60,171 bases of DNA from Candidatus Methanoxibalbensis ujae (GTDB lineage: Archaea > Halobacteriota > Syntropharchaeia > Alkanophagales > Methanospirareceae), in the NCBI GenBank assembly GCA_026134085.1, contig JAOQIN010000001.1, positions 85,344-145,514 of the forward strand, read 5' to 3'. Made by a program: the position numbers and the translations under genes. Below, piece after piece: positions 1-10,148 of this stretch (position 1 is the first letter of the stretch; each line of letters starts with the position of its first letter). The notes under the pieces were generated by a model. It saw nothing but the letters and a program-made list of their open reading frames with translations, had not been told where the DNA came from and ran no database searches.

Positions 1-128
1 TTGAGGGCAGTTGCGCTCCTGACATGGAGGAGGCAGCAGATTATGCTGATGCTGCGTGGAACACGCCGGTGAGGCGCGCTGTCAAAAGCGAGCACACCAG
101 CATTTTCTTTTTGCTGAAAAAAGGGTGA
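1..128 (+). CDS. 3' end of a CDS entering the window (unknown product)
   Basis: Frame 3 is open from the edge to TGA at 126-128 (EGSCAPDMEEAADYADAAWNTPVRR...KKG*); too short to identify. Confidence 0.35.
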   Translation, partial: EGSCAPDMEEAADYADAAWNTPVRRAVKSEHTSIFFLLKKG

Positions 129-244
129 GCACAGAACATGCTAAATGATTTATTTAATGAGATTATGATTTAAGTGGAATAAGTGGGATTATGATAGCAA
201 AGCAATGGATAAATAAAGGTGAGCGACAGATAATGACGGAGGGA

Positions 245-318
245 GGGTCCGTAGCTCAGCCAGGTGGAGCGCCCGGCTCATAACCGGGTGGTCAAGGGTT
301 CGAATCCCTTCGGACCCA
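245..318 (+). tRNA. tRNA with CAT anticodon, most likely tRNA-Ile2 (agmatidine-modified) rather than Met
   Basis: Acceptor stem GGGTCCG/CGGACCC plus discriminator A, D-arm TAGCTCAGCCAGGTGGAGC, anticodon arm CCGG-CT-CAT-AA-CCGG, T-loop GGTTCGAATCC. G1-C72 excludes the archaeal initiator tRNA (A1-U72); the overall pattern resembles archaeal Ile2 tRNAs. Confidence 0.93.
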
Positions 319-339
319 TCCCATCACTCATGGATCATG

Positions 340-1593
340 TCACGAGCATAAGGACAGCATGAATTCCCCCGATTCAATCATCTTCTTGAGCAATATGCAT
401 AGTTTTCTCGCCTTTTCCCTGCTTGAGAGGCGCAGGGTGACGGGTATGTTTCTTCCTTCAACCTCAACCGAGCCGAGATCACCTGTGAAAGCTCCACCTT
501 CGCATGCGAACACGCAGAATCCGCAGTTGAAGCATTTTTTATCGATGCCAACATCTCTTCTGAATGCGTTCACGGGGCATTTTCTCTCAACGGCACAGAC
601 ATCGCACTTCAGGCATTTTGCACTGTCAAACTGAATTTCAAGCGATGTGTTCTGCCATACGCGTCCGTAATTGCTCTCTGCGATCTGAGTTCTGCGTTGA
701 ATTTCGGCGATGGGCATTTTCACCTCCTCATCAAGAACTCTCAGATGTCTCATATTCCCAATATTGGGAACAGGCACTGCGATTGATGTGATGCATTCGG
801 GTCCTGCGGATGTGATGAAGCCACCCATGAACTCAGGATTCATTTTTTTCATCTCTGCAACGACTGCGATGTTTCTGCGTTCAGGCGTGCTTCTTGTGCC
901 CTCACCCGTTATGAGACCCTCAGCACCATTGACCATTATTTTTGTTCCTTTTCTTATGATGCGCATCTCAGGATCGTTCTCAAGCGGGTTTATCTCGCCA
1001 CAGCCGCACACAGAAACCTCTTTAAGCGGTCCTCGCAACCCCGACACGGAGAATATTGTTTTCACGATCCCCTCATCTGTGTTCACGAACCCCATGTAGT
1101 TTCTGAACGCGCTTCTCGTGGTGAAAAGCCGTGCGAACATGAAATCCTCAACTGTCGCAGTTCTCCTGAAAACTGAACCGCCCGCAGCGCGAACCTCAAC
1201 ATCCACTTCTTTTCCTGAGACGATGTCATGAAAGAGATGACCTCCTCCATAACGATCCGAGCTGCGTGATGTGCCGAAAACTGTTACATCAATGACGCCA
1301 AGACGCTCGTTGGGACATGGGCCTGGAAATGCGGGAACTCCGTTGAGCCATGCTGCTTCCGCACGCTCAAACGCACCTCTTTCGGCAACCTCAATTGAAA
1401 ATATCGCTGCTGTCCCGGACATGAGGCCGCATGTTCCTGTTGTCACGACATCAACCTCACTCAGCTCATCCTCACATCCATCTCGCACCTTTCTCTTGAA
1501 CTCCTCCGCGGTCAGCACCACAACATCTCCCCGCTTTATCCGCTCGTTTATGTGAGAAATGCGCTTCCTCAGATCTTCATCATCGGCACTCAT
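340..1593 (-). CDS. Methanogenesis marker 16 metalloprotein (homocysteine-biosynthesis-enzyme-like domain plus C-terminal 2x[4Fe-4S])
   Basis: DVVTTGTCGLMSGT, GPCPNERLG, GCGEINPLENDP; C-terminal CLKCDVC...CP and CFNCGFC...C. Start moved to ATG 1593 (ATGA overlap with the speB stop). Confidence 0.85.
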   Translation of the reverse strand: MSADDEDLRKRISHINERIKRGDVVVLTAEEFKRKVRDGCEDELSEVDVVTTGTCGLMSGTAAIFSIEVAERGAFERAEAAWLNGVPAFPGPCPNERLGVIDVTVFGTSRSSDRYGGGHLFHDIVSGKEVDVEVRAAGGSVFRRTATVEDFMFARLFTTRSAFRNYMGFVNTDEGIVKTIFSVSGLRGPLKEVSVCGCGEINPLENDPEMRIIRKGTKIMVNGAEGLITGEGTRSTPERRNIAVVAEMKKMNPEFMGGFITSAGPECITSIAVPVPNIGNMRHLRVLDEEVKMPIAEIQRRTQIAESNYGRVWQNTSLEIQFDSAKCLKCDVCAVERKCPVNAFRRDVGIDKKCFNCGFCVFACEGGAFTGDLGSVEVEGRNIPVTLRLSSREKARKLCILLKKMIESGEFMLSLCS

Positions 1594-2600
1594 CTCCCGT
1601 GCACCTCCTGATGCCTCACGCATGCATCCCTCACACATGCATCCCTCACACATGCATCTTTCTCGCATGCATCATGGCACGCATCATGAAGCCCGGCGAG
1701 TATCTCCATCACTATCCTCGCTGCACATATGCTCGTCGTTCCCGTCGTGTCTTTGCGGGGATTCACCTCAACAACATCCGCAGCGACAACATTTTTTTTC
1801 CTGATTATATCGCCGAGAATTGAGATGACATGCTGCATGCTCAATCCACATGGCTCCGGATATTCCACACCAGGCGCTATGCTTGGATCAAGCACATCTA
1901 TGTCAACTGAGATATACGATGCGGTGTTGCCGCAGTGCACGCATTCATCTTCGCCCATTTCATTTATGTCAGAGAGCACGCCTTTCAAATCGGTTGTAAT
2001 TTCCTCCGCATCATACACGCGCACGCCATTCTCACGTATGAAATCATATTCATCCGCTGATGCAGAGCGCACACCAATCAAAACCACATTTTCAATGCCC
2101 ACAATCTCAGCAATCCTGCGAGCTGCACAGGCGTTTGAATAAACGTTTCCCCTATATTTATCTCTGAGATCCGCATGAGCATCCATAATGAAAACTTTCA
2201 GATGATATCTCTCACAGAGTGCTCTCACCAGCGCAACAGACACAGAATGATCGCCGCCTATGAATACTGTTCTCCTGTCTGTTCCCCCACACACACGAAA
2301 GAGCTCGCCGCTTTCGGCATGCTTGCCCGCATCGCTCTTTCCGTTTCTGTTCACGCTCTCTTTAAGTGCCATAATTCCCGTCCGCTTTAATGAAATATCG
2401 CCAGCATCGTAAAACCGCATGTCGGAGATTTCCATCTTTCTGTGCCACAGGAATGTTTCAAGCGAGTGTGATGCCTTTCTCACTGCCCCCGGAGCCTTTG
2501 CAGCACCTTTCTTCACAGCATTACCATCAAAAGGAACGCCCACAACCTCAAACAACGCCTTCTCTCTCTCCTTATCCGAAAGTGAGCCCGCGAATCTCAT
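1590..2600 (-). CDS. speB: Agmatinase (ureohydrolase family)
   Basis: GVPFD, GGDHS, DAHAD and SVDIDVLDPSIAPG metal-binding motifs. Confidence 0.88.
   Translation of the reverse strand: MRFAGSLSDKEREKALFEVVGVPFDGNAVKKGAAKAPGAVRKASHSLETFLWHRKMEISDMRFYDAGDISLKRTGIMALKESVNRNGKSDAGKHAESGELFRVCGGTDRRTVFIGGDHSVSVALVRALCERYHLKVFIMDAHADLRDKYRGNVYSNACAARRIAEIVGIENVVLIGVRSASADEYDFIRENGVRVYDAEEITTDLKGVLSDINEMGEDECVHCGNTASYISVDIDVLDPSIAPGVEYPEPCGLSMQHVISILGDIIRKKNVVAADVVEVNPRKDTTGTTSICAARIVMEILAGLHDACHDACEKDACVRDACVRDACVRHQEVHGR
1621..1680. repeat. 15-bp tandem repeat (catgcatccctcaca x2 plus 2 degenerate copies) encoding DAC(H/EK/VR) repeats in the speB tail
   Basis: Read directly from the sequence. 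Confidence 0.85.
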
Positions 2601-2666
2601 ATCTCATATATTGTCAAGCATGAAATCAGCACTTTGTGATTATAAAGGTGCGAGGAGGTGTGAAAA

Positions 2667-3557
2667 ATGATAATGATATGCGGACTTGCGGTGGTTATGC
2701 TGCAACAAACAGCGGCGAGTAAATTTCTTGAGTTTGACATTCTGTCATCCTCCTATTTCCACGATGCACTCAGGATTTTGATTGTGATTGCAGCAACAGT
2801 TCTGATAGCGACAATCGTGAACAGGGCATTGAGAGAGCAATTCAGGATATTGAGCGAGCATTTGAGAGTTGATGAAACAACTTACACAGTCATAAGGAGG
2901 CTTATTGTCGCTCTCATATATGTTGCGGGCATTACAATTGCTGCATTTTCAATACCGGGATTCGGAGATGTTGTTGTTGGGCTGGCTATGAGCGCTGGAC
3001 TGGTGGCGATAATAATCGGTCTGGCTGCACAGAGCGCACTTTCAAACATACTGCACGGTGTTTTCATCGCGATATTCAGACCTTTCCGGGTCGGCGACAT
3101 CGTTGAGGTGGAGGGTGAATACGGCACCATAGAGGACATCACTCTCAGACACACAGTCGTCAGAACATGGCAGAACAAGCGGCTTATCATTCCCAACACC
3201 AAAATAGGAGAGGCGACCGTCGTGAACTGGTCAATTTCTGACCCCTCCGTTCTGTGGTTTGTGGATTTCGGCATAAGCTATGACTCGGATATTGAATCCG
3301 CAAGAAATATAATCCTTGAGGAGATCATGAAGCATCCGAGTGTTATGAAGGAGAAAGATGTCAAAGTATTTGTCACAGAGCTCGGCGATTTCGCAGTAAA
3401 CCTGCGTGCGCTTTTCTGGGTGCAAGACCGTCCGTCAGCATGGGTGGCAGGCGCTGAGATAAGGGAAGCTGTGAAAAAGAGGTTTGATGCAGCCGGCATT
3501 GAAATACCATTCCCATACCGAACACTCGTTTTCAAAAAAGCACGGCAGCCGCAATGA
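2667..3557 (+). CDS. mscS: Small-conductance mechanosensitive channel (MscS family)
   Basis: Three TM helices, GLAAQSALSN, RPFRVGD, GIEIPFP. Confidence 0.92.
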   Translation: MIMICGLAVVMLQQTAASKFLEFDILSSSYFHDALRILIVIAATVLIATIVNRALREQFRILSEHLRVDETTYTVIRRLIVALIYVAGITIAAFSIPGFGDVVVGLAMSAGLVAIIIGLAAQSALSNILHGVFIAIFRPFRVGDIVEVEGEYGTIEDITLRHTVVRTWQNKRLIIPNTKIGEATVVNWSISDPSVLWFVDFGISYDSDIESARNIILEEIMKHPSVMKEKDVKVFVTELGDFAVNLRALFWVQDRPSAWVAGAEIREAVKKRFDAAGIEIPFPYRTLVFKKARQPQ

Positions 3558-3682
3558 ATGCCTGTGCTTCAGATGAAAAAAGAAGAAAAGAAAAGCATAC
3601 ACGGCTCTCTCATCTCTCCTGCTGCATACTGCTGCATGGATTGTGTACTGCTGCATGGATGGTGTAATATGATGAATTATGA

Positions 3683-5878
3683 ATGATGAATGCCATGAGA
3701 TGCGGGAGGTGCGGCGGCATAATCGGCATTTTCGGGAAAAAAAATGCGAAGGAAATTGCACTTGACGCATTGCGCCGCATGAGCACCGAGAATGCGATGT
3801 TCCTCATTATCAGCGATGACAGTGATGCGACATTCTCCGATCTGGATAGTTGCGAGATTGAGGAATGCGAGAACATAATGGCGTGTTGCATGTGCGGAGA
3901 TTTCGAGCGATTGAGGAGGTTATTTGAGATGTGCGGCGTCAACAGGGTCGTGGCAGATGCTGAGATATTCAACACTGAAAATCTGGAAAACGTGCTGAAG
4001 GCAAACAGTTATGAGCTGACAGCGTTGATAAATGTGCTTGACGGTGCTTATGCGATTGCATTTTGGAAAGATGATGGGGAAGTGTGCGTGTTAAGGGATG
4101 TTTTCGGTCTAAAACCCCTGTATTTTGCGCATTTCAATGGATGTTTCGCATTCTCTTCCTGTAGAGAAATAATAGAAATGAATTTTCCGCATGCATTTGA
4201 AGTTGAGCCGAGAACTCGCCTTATATTCAGCGGAGGTCGCTTGAGATTTGAATCACAGTCGCTTATGGATTCGCTGTCAGAGGCGATGAAATGGCAGGAG
4301 GTGATTCAGGAGAGGAGAGGGAAAGAGTCAGAAAATCACAGCAGGATTCGTCACAGCCAGCGATCAGCGGACTGTGAGGAACTGAGATCAGAACTTCTCA
4401 GTCTTCTGTGCGAGAGCATATCACTCAGAATTCCTGATGAACGCTTTGGCATTTTGTTTTCAGGAGGTCTTGATTCCTCTCTCATCGCGTTTTTGTGCAG
4501 GCAGATGTGGAGTCATCGCCATGGAGATGCGGCTGCAGTCACATGCTACACAGCGGTGTTCTCAGGAGCAAAGGAAGCATATGACCTCATATACTCGCGT
4601 GAGATCGCGAATGAGATTGGCATAAGGCACGTTGTCACTGAGATCGGCACAGAGGAAGTTGAGAGATATCTGAGGGAAATTGTGCCTGTGGTGGGTGCTG
4701 ATGTTGTGAATGTTGGTGTTGCGCTGCCTCTTTTCATCGCCTGCGAGAGTGCGCGCTCAGAGGGCATAAGCACACTTTTTTACGGAATTGGCGCTGAAGA
4801 GCTGTTTGGAGGATACGAGCGGCACAGGAGAGCTGCTGAAAGAGGCAGACTGAGGGATGAATGCATCTCGGGCGTTGAGAAAATGTTCAGGCGCGACTTG
4901 CTCAGGGATGCAGCCATCTCACGAAATCTCTGCATATCACTGCGAGCTCCTTTCATGACGAAGAAAATCGCATATTTTGCGCTAAACCTCCCGGACGAGA
5001 TGAAAATAAGGAAAAATCTTGATAAAGCAATTTTGAGAGATGTTGCATGGCATTTGGGATTGAAAAGAGCAGCTTCAAGGAAGAAACGTGCAGCTCAATA
5101 TGGCTCAAACTTCCATAAAGCGCTGAAAAAACTTTCTAAAAAGAATAATATGAGGATACGGGAATATTTAAGGAGCTTTCATCCTCATGCGAAGATGAAA
5201 CTCGGCTGCCTTTTCAGCGGTGGAAAGGACAGCACTCTCGCACTTCACGCTATGGTTGAGTCAGGATACATCGTGGACTGTCTGATCACAGTGAGATGCA
5301 TAAATCCCTCCGCCATGATTTTTCACACAGCCGCGATTGAGCTTACCGAACTGCTCGCAGATGCCATGGAGATTCCGCTCATCACGCGCAGGAGCACATG
5401 TGAAAGCGAGGAGGAGGAGATCTCCGCTCTGAGAGAGGCGCTGAGCGATGCAATTTCGCAGTTCGGGATAGAAGGTGTTGTCGCAGGAGCGCTTTGGAGC
5501 GAATATCAGCGCAGCAGAATTGTTCGCATATGTGAGGAGATGGGATTGAAATGCTTTTTCCCCCTGTGGCATATTGATCAGGAGACTGAGATGCGCATAT
5601 GCGTGCGCGCATTTGATATGATATTCACAGGTATAGCAGCGCTCGGTCTTGACAGATCATGGCTCGGAAGGAAAATATGCGACAATGATGTCAATCGTCT
5701 CTTTGAAATCCATAAAAAATACGGGATAAACATCACGGGAGAAGGCGGTGAATTTGAGACGCTCGTGCTTGACGCACCTCTCTTCAGAAAAAGAGTATCT
5801 GTAAAAGGTGAAATTGATGAAATAGATGCAAATACAGCAAGATTTGTCGTGAAAAAAGCGGAATTGGTGGATAAATAG
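3683..5878 (+). CDS. Fusion of an asparagine-synthetase-like region (class II GATase plus PP-loop) and diphthine--ammonia ligase (Dph6)
   Basis: CGGIIGIF, RDVFGLKPLY, SGGLDSS, GAEELFGGY, RKKRAAQYGS; then SGGKDS, GALWSEYQ, GEGGEFET. Confidence 0.85.
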   Translation: MMNAMRCGRCGGIIGIFGKKNAKEIALDALRRMSTENAMFLIISDDSDATFSDLDSCEIEECENIMACCMCGDFERLRRLFEMCGVNRVVADAEIFNTENLENVLKANSYELTALINVLDGAYAIAFWKDDGEVCVLRDVFGLKPLYFAHFNGCFAFSSCREIIEMNFPHAFEVEPRTRLIFSGGRLRFESQSLMDSLSEAMKWQEVIQERRGKESENHSRIRHSQRSADCEELRSELLSLLCESISLRIPDERFGILFSGGLDSSLIAFLCRQMWSHRHGDAAAVTCYTAVFSGAKEAYDLIYSREIANEIGIRHVVTEIGTEEVERYLREIVPVVGADVVNVGVALPLFIACESARSEGISTLFYGIGAEELFGGYERHRRAAERGRLRDECISGVEKMFRRDLLRDAAISRNLCISLRAPFMTKKIAYFALNLPDEMKIRKNLDKAILRDVAWHLGLKRAASRKKRAAQYGSNFHKALKKLSKKNNMRIREYLRSFHPHAKMKLGCLFSGGKDSTLALHAMVESGYIVDCLITVRCINPSAMIFHTAAIELTELLADAMEIPLITRRSTCESEEEEISALREALSDAISQFGIEGVVAGALWSEYQRSRIVRICEEMGLKCFFPLWHIDQETEMRICVRAFDMIFTGIAALGLDRSWLGRKICDNDVNRLFEIHKKYGINITGEGGEFETLVLDAPLFRKRVSVKGEIDEIDANTARFVVKKAELVDK

Positions 5879-6093
5879 AATATGATTATGACAGCAATAT
5901 TGAAAGGGAGATGACGCTGTGCAGGCTGTGCAGGAAAAATAAGAGATAGAGAGAGGCATGAGCGCATATGCCATTGACATTGAGAATGAGAGAGAGAAAA
6001 TGGATGCGCATGCACACGCTCTCAGCTCGGCAAAAATAACTAAGATGCTTCAGTATCAAACGAAGGCGCTGACGTGTCGGTGAAGGTGTTGGA

Positions 6094-7602
6094 TCACAAC
6101 AGATATTCAAGCGTTTTTGCATATGCAGGTCTTGTCACGAGTATTCCGATGAGGAGACCCACAATTGTCACTATTGCGAATCCGCGCAGCACTCCGAGAG
6201 CCATTGATGCGAGAGTGAGCATTGCCACAATTGTCGTCACGACTGATGCGAATATGATGCTGTATGCGAATGAGACGCGCCTGTAATAGACTCTTCCTGA
6301 TGTTTTTCCACCCGCCATCGCTTCATCAGTTATCATAACGAGCTGATCAACGCCAGTTCCTATGACTGTGATTATTCCTGCGATGCTCGGAAGGTCAAGC
6401 TGCCATCCTATGGCTGCTGCGAATCCAAGCATCATGATGACCTCGGAGAGAAGTGTGAGGACAAGAGGCATCACAACCCTCACATCCTTATATCTGATCA
6501 TGATCATCACGCCGACAACAATCAATGCCAGTATGAGCGCGATTACAGAGCCCTCTCTGAATTTTTCACCGAGGGGAGGTGTGACCTCTCCGGATGCGAG
6601 TATTTCGACAGGAACGGGAAGAACACCAGCACGAAGGTGTATGATGAGCTCCTCAGCTTTCTTTTTGCCCTCTTCTCCAAATCCTGTTTCGGCTATCCAT
6701 TCTTTTAAGGGCTTGGAACTCAAGCTGCTCGCAGCTGTCGGTTTAAGAGGAGCACTGTAAATGACGATATCATCAAGAAGCATCACAAGCTCGTGATTAT
6801 CGGGGTTTTCCACAGCTCCGTATTTTATTGCGGCGTTCCGCAGTTTATCTGCACCATCATCGCTCAGCTTGAATGAAGCTCCCCATTTGCCATTCTCTCC
6901 CCTATGAGGCATTGGATCAACATATACGATGTCCTCCCCGTACAGCACGTGCACCGTCATGTTTTTTATCTCGCTCAGCATCTGCCCCTCGGAGATATCA
7001 CCCTTATCGCCTACTGTCTGCATTCTTATCTCAAACTTCCCCGGCGTCCCTATAATTCTGCGAGCCTCATCAATCGGAACACCTGCGAGGTCTATCATGA
7101 TTATGTTGTCAGCGACAGTTCGCGTTACAACGCTCTTCAATCCGAGCATATTGAGCTTTGTTTCCATTATTTTGCGTGTTTCTTCAACTGTCTCCCGCGT
7201 CAAACCTTTAAAGAAGAGAGGTTTTCCCTGTCTATCCAGACCAATACTCGCGTTTTTCTCCTTCAAAATTTCCTCTAACTGCTCCTTTGTTATATCTTTT
7301 CGTATCTCATACATTATTTCGCCTTTATATCTGACCGGAATGACTTCGGCACCTGTTCTGTTTTGCAGGAAATTGCGTATCTGGCTTTCATTCATCCCCG
7401 GTGCATCAACCTTCACAATCACGCCTTTGAGCTCCACCTGCAGCCTTGAGCCGCCTACGAGGTCAAGCCCGAATTTCAGGTTTCCGCTCGGACCGCCGAG
7501 TATGCCCGGACCGAGCGGTGAGGGCATGTATATCACGACAAGTGCCGCGGCAAGAAGCGAGACAAATATCACAACACGCACATCGCGGAGGAGAGATGCC
7601 AT
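6094..7602 (-). CDS. secD: Protein translocase subunit SecD
   Basis: LKFGLDLVGG, HLRAGVLPV, LDLPSIAGII-GTGVD, LRGFAIVT. Confidence 0.93.
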   Translation of the reverse strand: MASLLRDVRVVIFVSLLAAALVVIYMPSPLGPGILGGPSGNLKFGLDLVGGSRLQVELKGVIVKVDAPGMNESQIRNFLQNRTGAEVIPVRYKGEIMYEIRKDITKEQLEEILKEKNASIGLDRQGKPLFFKGLTRETVEETRKIMETKLNMLGLKSVVTRTVADNIIMIDLAGVPIDEARRIIGTPGKFEIRMQTVGDKGDISEGQMLSEIKNMTVHVLYGEDIVYVDPMPHRGENGKWGASFKLSDDGADKLRNAAIKYGAVENPDNHELVMLLDDIVIYSAPLKPTAASSLSSKPLKEWIAETGFGEEGKKKAEELIIHLRAGVLPVPVEILASGEVTPPLGEKFREGSVIALILALIVVGVMIMIRYKDVRVVMPLVLTLLSEVIMMLGFAAAIGWQLDLPSIAGIITVIGTGVDQLVMITDEAMAGGKTSGRVYYRRVSFAYSIIFASVVTTIVAMLTLASMALGVLRGFAIVTIVGLLIGILVTRPAYAKTLEYLL

Positions 7603-7624
7603 TTCGCCTCAACCTCATTCTCTT

Positions 7625-7716
7625 TTATCGCTCATCGCTCATCGCTCATATTGCTCATATCTCTCATATCGCACATTATCTCTCATTATCTCTCATGATC
7701 GCTCACTATCTCTCAC
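7625..7716. repeat. Degenerate 7-10-bp tandem repeat (ctcatcg / atctctcat) between secD and the nitroreductase gene
   Basis: Read directly from the sequence. Confidence 0.6.
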
Positions 7717-8296
7717 TGAAGAAGCCTATCGGAAAAATGTATAGGGGACGATGTCTCTCAGGAAGCGAAAGGACGCTCGCAACCTCATCATCGTGGAAAG
7801 CGCCGATTGCAACAGTCGCAAGGCCGAGCGACTCGCACTCCAGATATATGTTCTGAGCGGCGTGTCCTGCTTCCATATGAACATATCTGACCCCGCGGTC
7901 TCCATATCTGCGTGTTGTCCTCTCGTATTCCGCTGCGATAACGACTGTCAGCGGTGCGTCTGCGATGAACATCTGATGGAGCGATGCAACTGCAAGTGCC
8001 TCTCTGAAGTCACCCCGTTTGTGCACCTCCAATCTTTCGCCGCGCATGTGATAAACTGCGGCATCAACACCTTCAACAGCATTGTCGCCGATTACAGCGT
8101 AAAACTCAAGCGGATACAGCGCGCCTGCCGATGGTATGCGAGAAGCCGCCCAGAGAACATGAGAGAGCATCTCAAAAGTAAGCGCTCTCGCGGTGAAACG
8201 ACGTCTTGATTTTCGCCTCATGATAGCGGATTCCACAGTGATCCCGCGCTCCAATCTCTCCTCACTCGGAGCTCTTAAAACAATTCCGCTCATCAT
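7706..8296 (-). CDS. SagB/ThcOx-type FMN nitroreductase-family protein
   Basis: RRKSRRRF, PSAGALYPLE, MEAGHAAQNIYL. Confidence 0.9.
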   Translation of the reverse strand: MMSGIVLRAPSEERLERGITVESAIMRRKSRRRFTARALTFEMLSHVLWAASRIPSAGALYPLEFYAVIGDNAVEGVDAAVYHMRGERLEVHKRGDFREALAVASLHQMFIADAPLTVVIAAEYERTTRRYGDRGVRYVHMEAGHAAQNIYLECESLGLATVAIGAFHDDEVASVLSLPERHRPLYIFPIGFFSER

Positions 8297-9913
8297 TCAC
8301 ACCTCCTCTGCGTTGTGTTGCGTCGCATGTCGCATGCAAGCCGAAATGAATGCTCTGAAGGGAGGGGAAGGTCTATCCGGTCTCGATCTGAACTCGGGAT
8401 GGAACTGAGTTGCGAAGAAGAACGGATGATTTGGAAGCTCAAGGATTTCCATTTTGTTTCCGTCGCTGTCTGTGCCTGAGAACAGGATTCCAGCATCCGA
8501 GAGCATATCCAGATATGAGGGATTGACCTCATATCTGTGTCTGTGCCTCTCAACGATTTCTGTTTTTCCGTAGATGCGATGTGCGAGAGTGTTCTCCTTT
8601 ATTATGACGACACCATTGCCGAGCCGCATTGTCCCTCCTTTTTTCATGATGCCGCGCTGCTCATCAAGCAGATCAACCACTGGATGAGGTGTGTCATCGC
8701 AGAACTCTGTGCTGTTCGCGTTTTTTAATCCGGCGAGATTCCTTGCAACCTCAACGACTGCGAGCTGAAATCCGAGACAGATGCCGAGAAATGGCTTTCC
8801 ATGCACCCTCGCAAACTCTATAGCTCTTATTTTGCCCTCCGTCCCCCTTGTGCCGAATCCTCCCGGCACGAGGACGCCGTCAGCACGCTCAAGCTTCCGC
8901 ATAGCCCCTTCATCCGTTTCAAGGTCCTCAGCCTCAATCCACATTATGTCAACATTGCAGCGCAGATCCATCATAGCATGCTTTATCGCCTCCTTTATGC
9001 TCAGATAAGAATCCTCAAGCCCCGCATATTTGCCGACGATAGCCACTTCAGTTTCACCGCTCAAATTCCTGCATTTCTCAACGATGTTCTCCCAATAAAA
9101 CCTCTTTTCTGATTTATTGAGCAGCATTTTATCACGAATGCTCTCAAATATGCCTTCATTCTCAAGCAAAACAGGCACTTCATATATTTCGTCGGTGTCA
9201 GGTGCGCTTATCACATCCCGTTTATCAACATCGCAGAACATTGCGATCTTCTCCTTGACATCCTCTGCGAGTGCTCTTTCACACCTGCACACGATTATAT
9301 CCGGCTGCAGACCGAGCTCTCTCAGCGCCTTCACGGAGTGTTGAGTGGGCTTCGTTTTCTGTTCTCCCAGTTTTGTAAGAGGGACGAGCGTCACATGAAT
9401 GAGCAGGAAGTTCTCTCTCGGCTCTTCACGTCTCATCTGCCTCACAGCCTCAAGGAATGGCATGCTCTCTATGTCTCCAACCGTCCCACCTATCTCAACG
9501 ATGCATATGTCCGCATTGCTCCTCGCAGCCACCTCCCTTATGCGTAATTTTATCTCGTTGGTCACATGAGGTATTATCTGAACAGTCTGACCGAGATATT
9601 CGCCATTCCTCTCACGGTTTATAACAGATAAAAATATGACGCCAGTCGTGATGTTGTGCTCCCCGCCGAGCTCTATGTCCATAAATCTCTCATAATGCCC
9701 GAAATCAAGGTCAACTTCAGTCCCATCAGCAAGAACATATACCTCACCATGCTGAAAAGGATTCATCGTGCCCGCATCTATGTTTATATATGGATCTATT
9801 TTCATGGGGACGACATTGTATCCTCTGTCCTTCAATATCCTTCCGATGGATGCTGTTGTTATTCCCTTGCCCAATCCGCTTATCACACCACCCGTGACCA
9901 CTATATACTTCAT
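8297..9913 (-). CDS. pyrG: CTP synthase
   Basis: [38 protein letters not shown]. Confidence 0.98.
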   Translation of the reverse strand: MKYIVVTGGVISGLGKGITTASIGRILKDRGYNVVPMKIDPYINIDAGTMNPFQHGEVYVLADGTEVDLDFGHYERFMDIELGGEHNITTGVIFLSVINRERNGEYLGQTVQIIPHVTNEIKLRIREVAARSNADICIVEIGGTVGDIESMPFLEAVRQMRREEPRENFLLIHVTLVPLTKLGEQKTKPTQHSVKALRELGLQPDIIVCRCERALAEDVKEKIAMFCDVDKRDVISAPDTDEIYEVPVLLENEGIFESIRDKMLLNKSEKRFYWENIVEKCRNLSGETEVAIVGKYAGLEDSYLSIKEAIKHAMMDLRCNVDIMWIEAEDLETDEGAMRKLERADGVLVPGGFGTRGTEGKIRAIEFARVHGKPFLGICLGFQLAVVEVARNLAGLKNANSTEFCDDTPHPVVDLLDEQRGIMKKGGTMRLGNGVVIIKENTLAHRIYGKTEIVERHRHRYEVNPSYLDMLSDAGILFSGTDSDGNKMEILELPNHPFFFATQFHPEFRSRPDRPSPPFRAFISACMRHATQHNAEEV

Positions 9914-10007
9914 ATCTTCATCATCGTCGGTGCAGCATCTCTACTTCTTTTCTTCATCTCTTTTCTTCATCACGCCTTTTTTATACTTTTGCTGGAGCTC
10001 TTCCCGT

Positions 10008-10063
10008 CGCTTTCGCTTTCGCTTTCGCTGCGCCTGCAAGCCTGCAAGCCTGCAAGCCTGCAA
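10008..10063. repeat. Microsatellites (cgcttt)x3 and (gcctgcaa)x4 in the divergent pyrG/mvhD intergenic region
   Basis: Perfect copies visible at 10008-10025 and 10032-10063. Confidence 0.9.
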
Positions 10064-10148
10064 GCGCTGAGATGCGCGATGTCCTCCCACGAAATGGGAG
10101 GAGAGAACCGTGCTTTTTTTTATTGGGATCCGTGCAATTGGAGAGGAA

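Noticed and set aside
245..318. tRNA as an integration (att) site
   Set aside because: No duplicate of its 3' end and no integrase were seen in the window.
1594..1668. N-terminal Cys-rich extension (MRERCMCEGCMCEGC) of marker 16
   Set aside because: It is an alternate-frame reading of the 15-bp tandem repeat in the speB tail; ATG 1593 gives a standard ATGA overlap.
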